Source: Vitrella brassicaformis CCMP3155
Taxonomy: Eukaryota; Protista; Chromerida
Reading direction: 5' to 3'
Assembly (NCBI GenBank): GCA_001179505.1
Contig: CDMY01000339.1
Location: 1-64,000, forward strand
Length of the DNA stretch: 64,000 nt
Translations under genes and position numbers: made by a program
Part shown: in pieces, positions 61,776 through 64,000 of the stretch
Numbering within the stretch: the stretch's first letter is position 1
Layout of the letters: every line of letters starts with the position of its first letter
Notes under the pieces: model-generated
What the model saw: only the letters and a program-made list of their open reading frames with translations
What the model was told of the DNA's origin: nothing
Database searches by the model: none

Positions 61776-64000
61776 ACATGGCGGTCGTTCGCGGCTAGCA
61801 GAACAGCAACCCGCTGCTGCCGCCGCTGACAGCATCGCAGATAGGGTGCGGTTGAGGGGGAGGCCCAATAACCTCCACGTGGTGCTTGCCAGGGAGAGGG
61901 GCGCGGTCGAGGCCGAGGGGCAAGAAAGGGGGAAGGGAAGGGATTCGAATCCCCCCTCTACGCATCCTCGTGATTCCCACTCAGGTATGCATCCTCGTGA
62001 TTCCCACTCAGGTATGCATCCTCGTGATTCCCACTCAGGTATGCATCCTCGTGATTCCCACTCGGATGAGTCCAAGTGCCGAGGTGGTCCTGAGTCGTGT
62101 GCTTCCCGTCACACGCCCCATACGCCAAATCCGCAGCCAGCCCTGCCCCCTAGGCTGGGTCGTCCCCCCTCCCCGCCCCCTCTCCCTCCCGACGCACCTG
62201 CGAACGGCCCTACCACGAGGGCATGGAGCGCAGACGACCCACTCCGTATGCTCGAGGCGGCGTATGGGGACTCGTTCGTGACGGACATATCGGAGAGGCC
62301 AGCCCTCGGCACATGGGAGGAGCGCCACTATCGCCTCGCCACCCGCGGGCTCACCCCACATAGGTTCCTCGTGCCCGGCGGGTCGCAGGGCGAGGGGGTG
62401 GTCAAGCTCATCACGCGAGAACTGAACGGCTTCAACGACCACGGCAGGTCCATGTCGCCCTTCATGTGAACAACGGCCCTCGTTCTCTTGCGCGACCCCG
62501 ACATGGACACGCAGGAGGCCACGAAGGGCTGCATCAAGCGCCGGGCGGCCCTGTGGAGGGATGATGAGTTTGAGGTCCTGGTGGCCGAGGTGGAGGACGT
62601 GCAGACCCGCTTGGAGGAGTCGGCGGAGAAGGCCAAGCGACGCGGGGCAGCCAAGAGGGCGGCGTCTTCCCCAGCCCGCTTCAGATCTGCTCGCGCCGGG
62701 CGGATCAGGGCTATCGATCGTTTCAAGACCATGATTGGGCAGGGCAGGACGACCGCAGCCGTCAAGCACATCACCAACCGTGCCGGAGGGGGCCCGATGC
62801 AGCCAGGCGACCCGGCCGACCCAGTCAACGCACCCGGCAGGACCGTCCTCGACGTGCTGCGCGGGAAGCACCCACCCAGGCACCCGCCCGCCCCCGGTCC
62901 CTTCACAGAGCCCCCCGAGGAGCTGCCGAAGTGCCGGCCAGCCGTCGTCACCGAGGCGCACATCGAGAGGGCCGCCCGCCAGATCCGTGGGGGGGCCGGA
63001 CCGGTGGCGGGAGACGCCAGAGTGTGGGAGGCTCTGCTGCTCAAGTACGACGCGAGCAAGCAGCTGAGGGAGGCCTTCGCGAGGGCGACGAACAAGATCA
63101 ACAGTGAGAACGTCGACTGGAGGACCATCGCGGCGCTGAGGGATGCTCGCCTCATCGCGCTCGACAAGCAGCCCGGCGTACGGCCCATCGGCATAGGGGA
63201 GGTGCCCTTCCGCATCATGACCAAGGCGATCTGCATCGCGGCGCGGAGAGAGGTGGAACAGGCGTGTGGGACACTGCAGCTGTGCGCGGGCCAACAGGGC
63301 GGGATAGAGGCCGCCTGCCACGTGGTATCATCGCTCATGACAGGGGAGCCCCTCGAGCCCATCCACCCACCCCCATCCGAAGCGCCAGCCGACAATGCCG
63401 CTAGCTCCCCTGCCCCTCCCCCGCCCCCACTGCCACCCATCTGTGTGAAGGCGATGCTGGCGTTGGACGGGACGAACGCCTGGAACACCACCGCCCGTCC
63501 GAACGCGCTGTGGCAGGTCCGCCGGTGGTGGCCATCTGCCTCCCGCTTCATATGGAACGTCTACAAGTTCCCCGCCCGCCTCCACGTGGGCCGCGGCACG
63601 CCACACCTGTACAGCAGGGAGGGGGTGACCCAGGGGGACCCCGCCGCCTCGCTCATCTTCGCCTGCGCCTCACTCCCGATGTTCGAGGAGTTGCAGCGCC
63701 ACCACCCTCGTGTCATCCAGGTCAACTTCGCTGATGACGGGTCTGGGCTGGGGGACTTGCCTGACTTGCGGGGCTACCTTGACGATGCGATTGAGCTGGG
63801 GAAGGAGATTCGGTACCTGATCAACACGAAGAAGTGCGTCCTAGTGGTGCAGCCGGGCGATGAGGAGGAGGCCGCTTGTCTTTTCGAGGGGACGGAGGTG
63901 CGGATCGTGACGGACGCGGAGCATCTGGGGGCCATGGTGGGCACGCCCGAGGCGGGGAGGGCGTATGTGCAGCAGAAGGTCGCCGAGTTCGTTGCTGACG
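61776..64000 (+). mobile_element. CRE-like non-LTR retrotransposon, 5' part with reverse transcriptase (runs off window); one in-frame TGA
   Basis: Frame 1 reads TVLDVLRGKHP, RLIALDKQPGVRPIGIGEVPFRIMTKAI, QLCAGQQGGIEAACH, LALDGTNAWN, YSREGVTQGDP, NFADDG and HLGAMVGT. The frame is open from 62470 to the window end. TGA is at 62467-62469. Confidence 0.92.
61963..62063 (+). repeat. 27-bp tandem repeat (~3.7 copies) inside the LINE ORF, encoding HPRDSHSGM
   Basis: CATCCTCGTGATTCCCACTCAGGTATG starts at 61963, 61990 and 62017, with a partial copy at 62044. Confidence 0.95.

Noticed and set aside
61963-62063. 27-bp repeats as a possible CRISPR array
   Set aside because: The units are contiguous with no spacers, in frame inside a eukaryotic LINE ORF, and there are no cas genes.
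62467-62469. TGA read as Trp or Sec (variant genetic code or programmed readthrough)
   Set aside because: TGA ends many ordinary genes in this window and no SECIS-like support was seen. A point mutation is simpler.
62035-63551. Long antisense ORFs (428 aa and 407 aa) over the RT
   Set aside because: These are shadow frames of a GC-rich coding strand, with no recognisable motifs.

Overview
This is a 64-kb window of GC-rich, intron-rich eukaryotic nuclear DNA with one 300-N assembly gap. Its short introns are full of (CTGT)n, (GT)n and (CCAT)n microsatellites. The CPW-WPC gene, several leaders of the signal peptide + F + transit peptide type and the lineage-specific gene families point to a photosynthetic relative of apicomplexans, most likely the chromerid Vitrella (inference). 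Recognisable genes are an MFS_2/GPH transporter, a STYX-type pseudophosphatase, Ycf45, a CPW-WPC protein, a J-domain protein with HPE, a C45 peptidase, a UBA-like+C2 protein, GpsA, a coiled-coil RING protein and NO66/RIOX1. Three pieces of CRE-like (RLE) non-LTR retrotransposon sit at the start, middle and end of the window. Two structures stand out. (1) An inverted duplicate of the CPW-WPC gene carries, inside its intron 2, an intronless membrane-protein ORF followed by a LINE 3' end. (2) The ~46.7-61.8 kb zone is built largely from shuffled, degenerate, intron-containing pieces of a coiled-coil/AAA-ATPase gene, whose most intact 5' half is interrupted by a CRE insertion. All gene models were assembled by eye from the ORF track and GT-AG signals. 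No database search was run.
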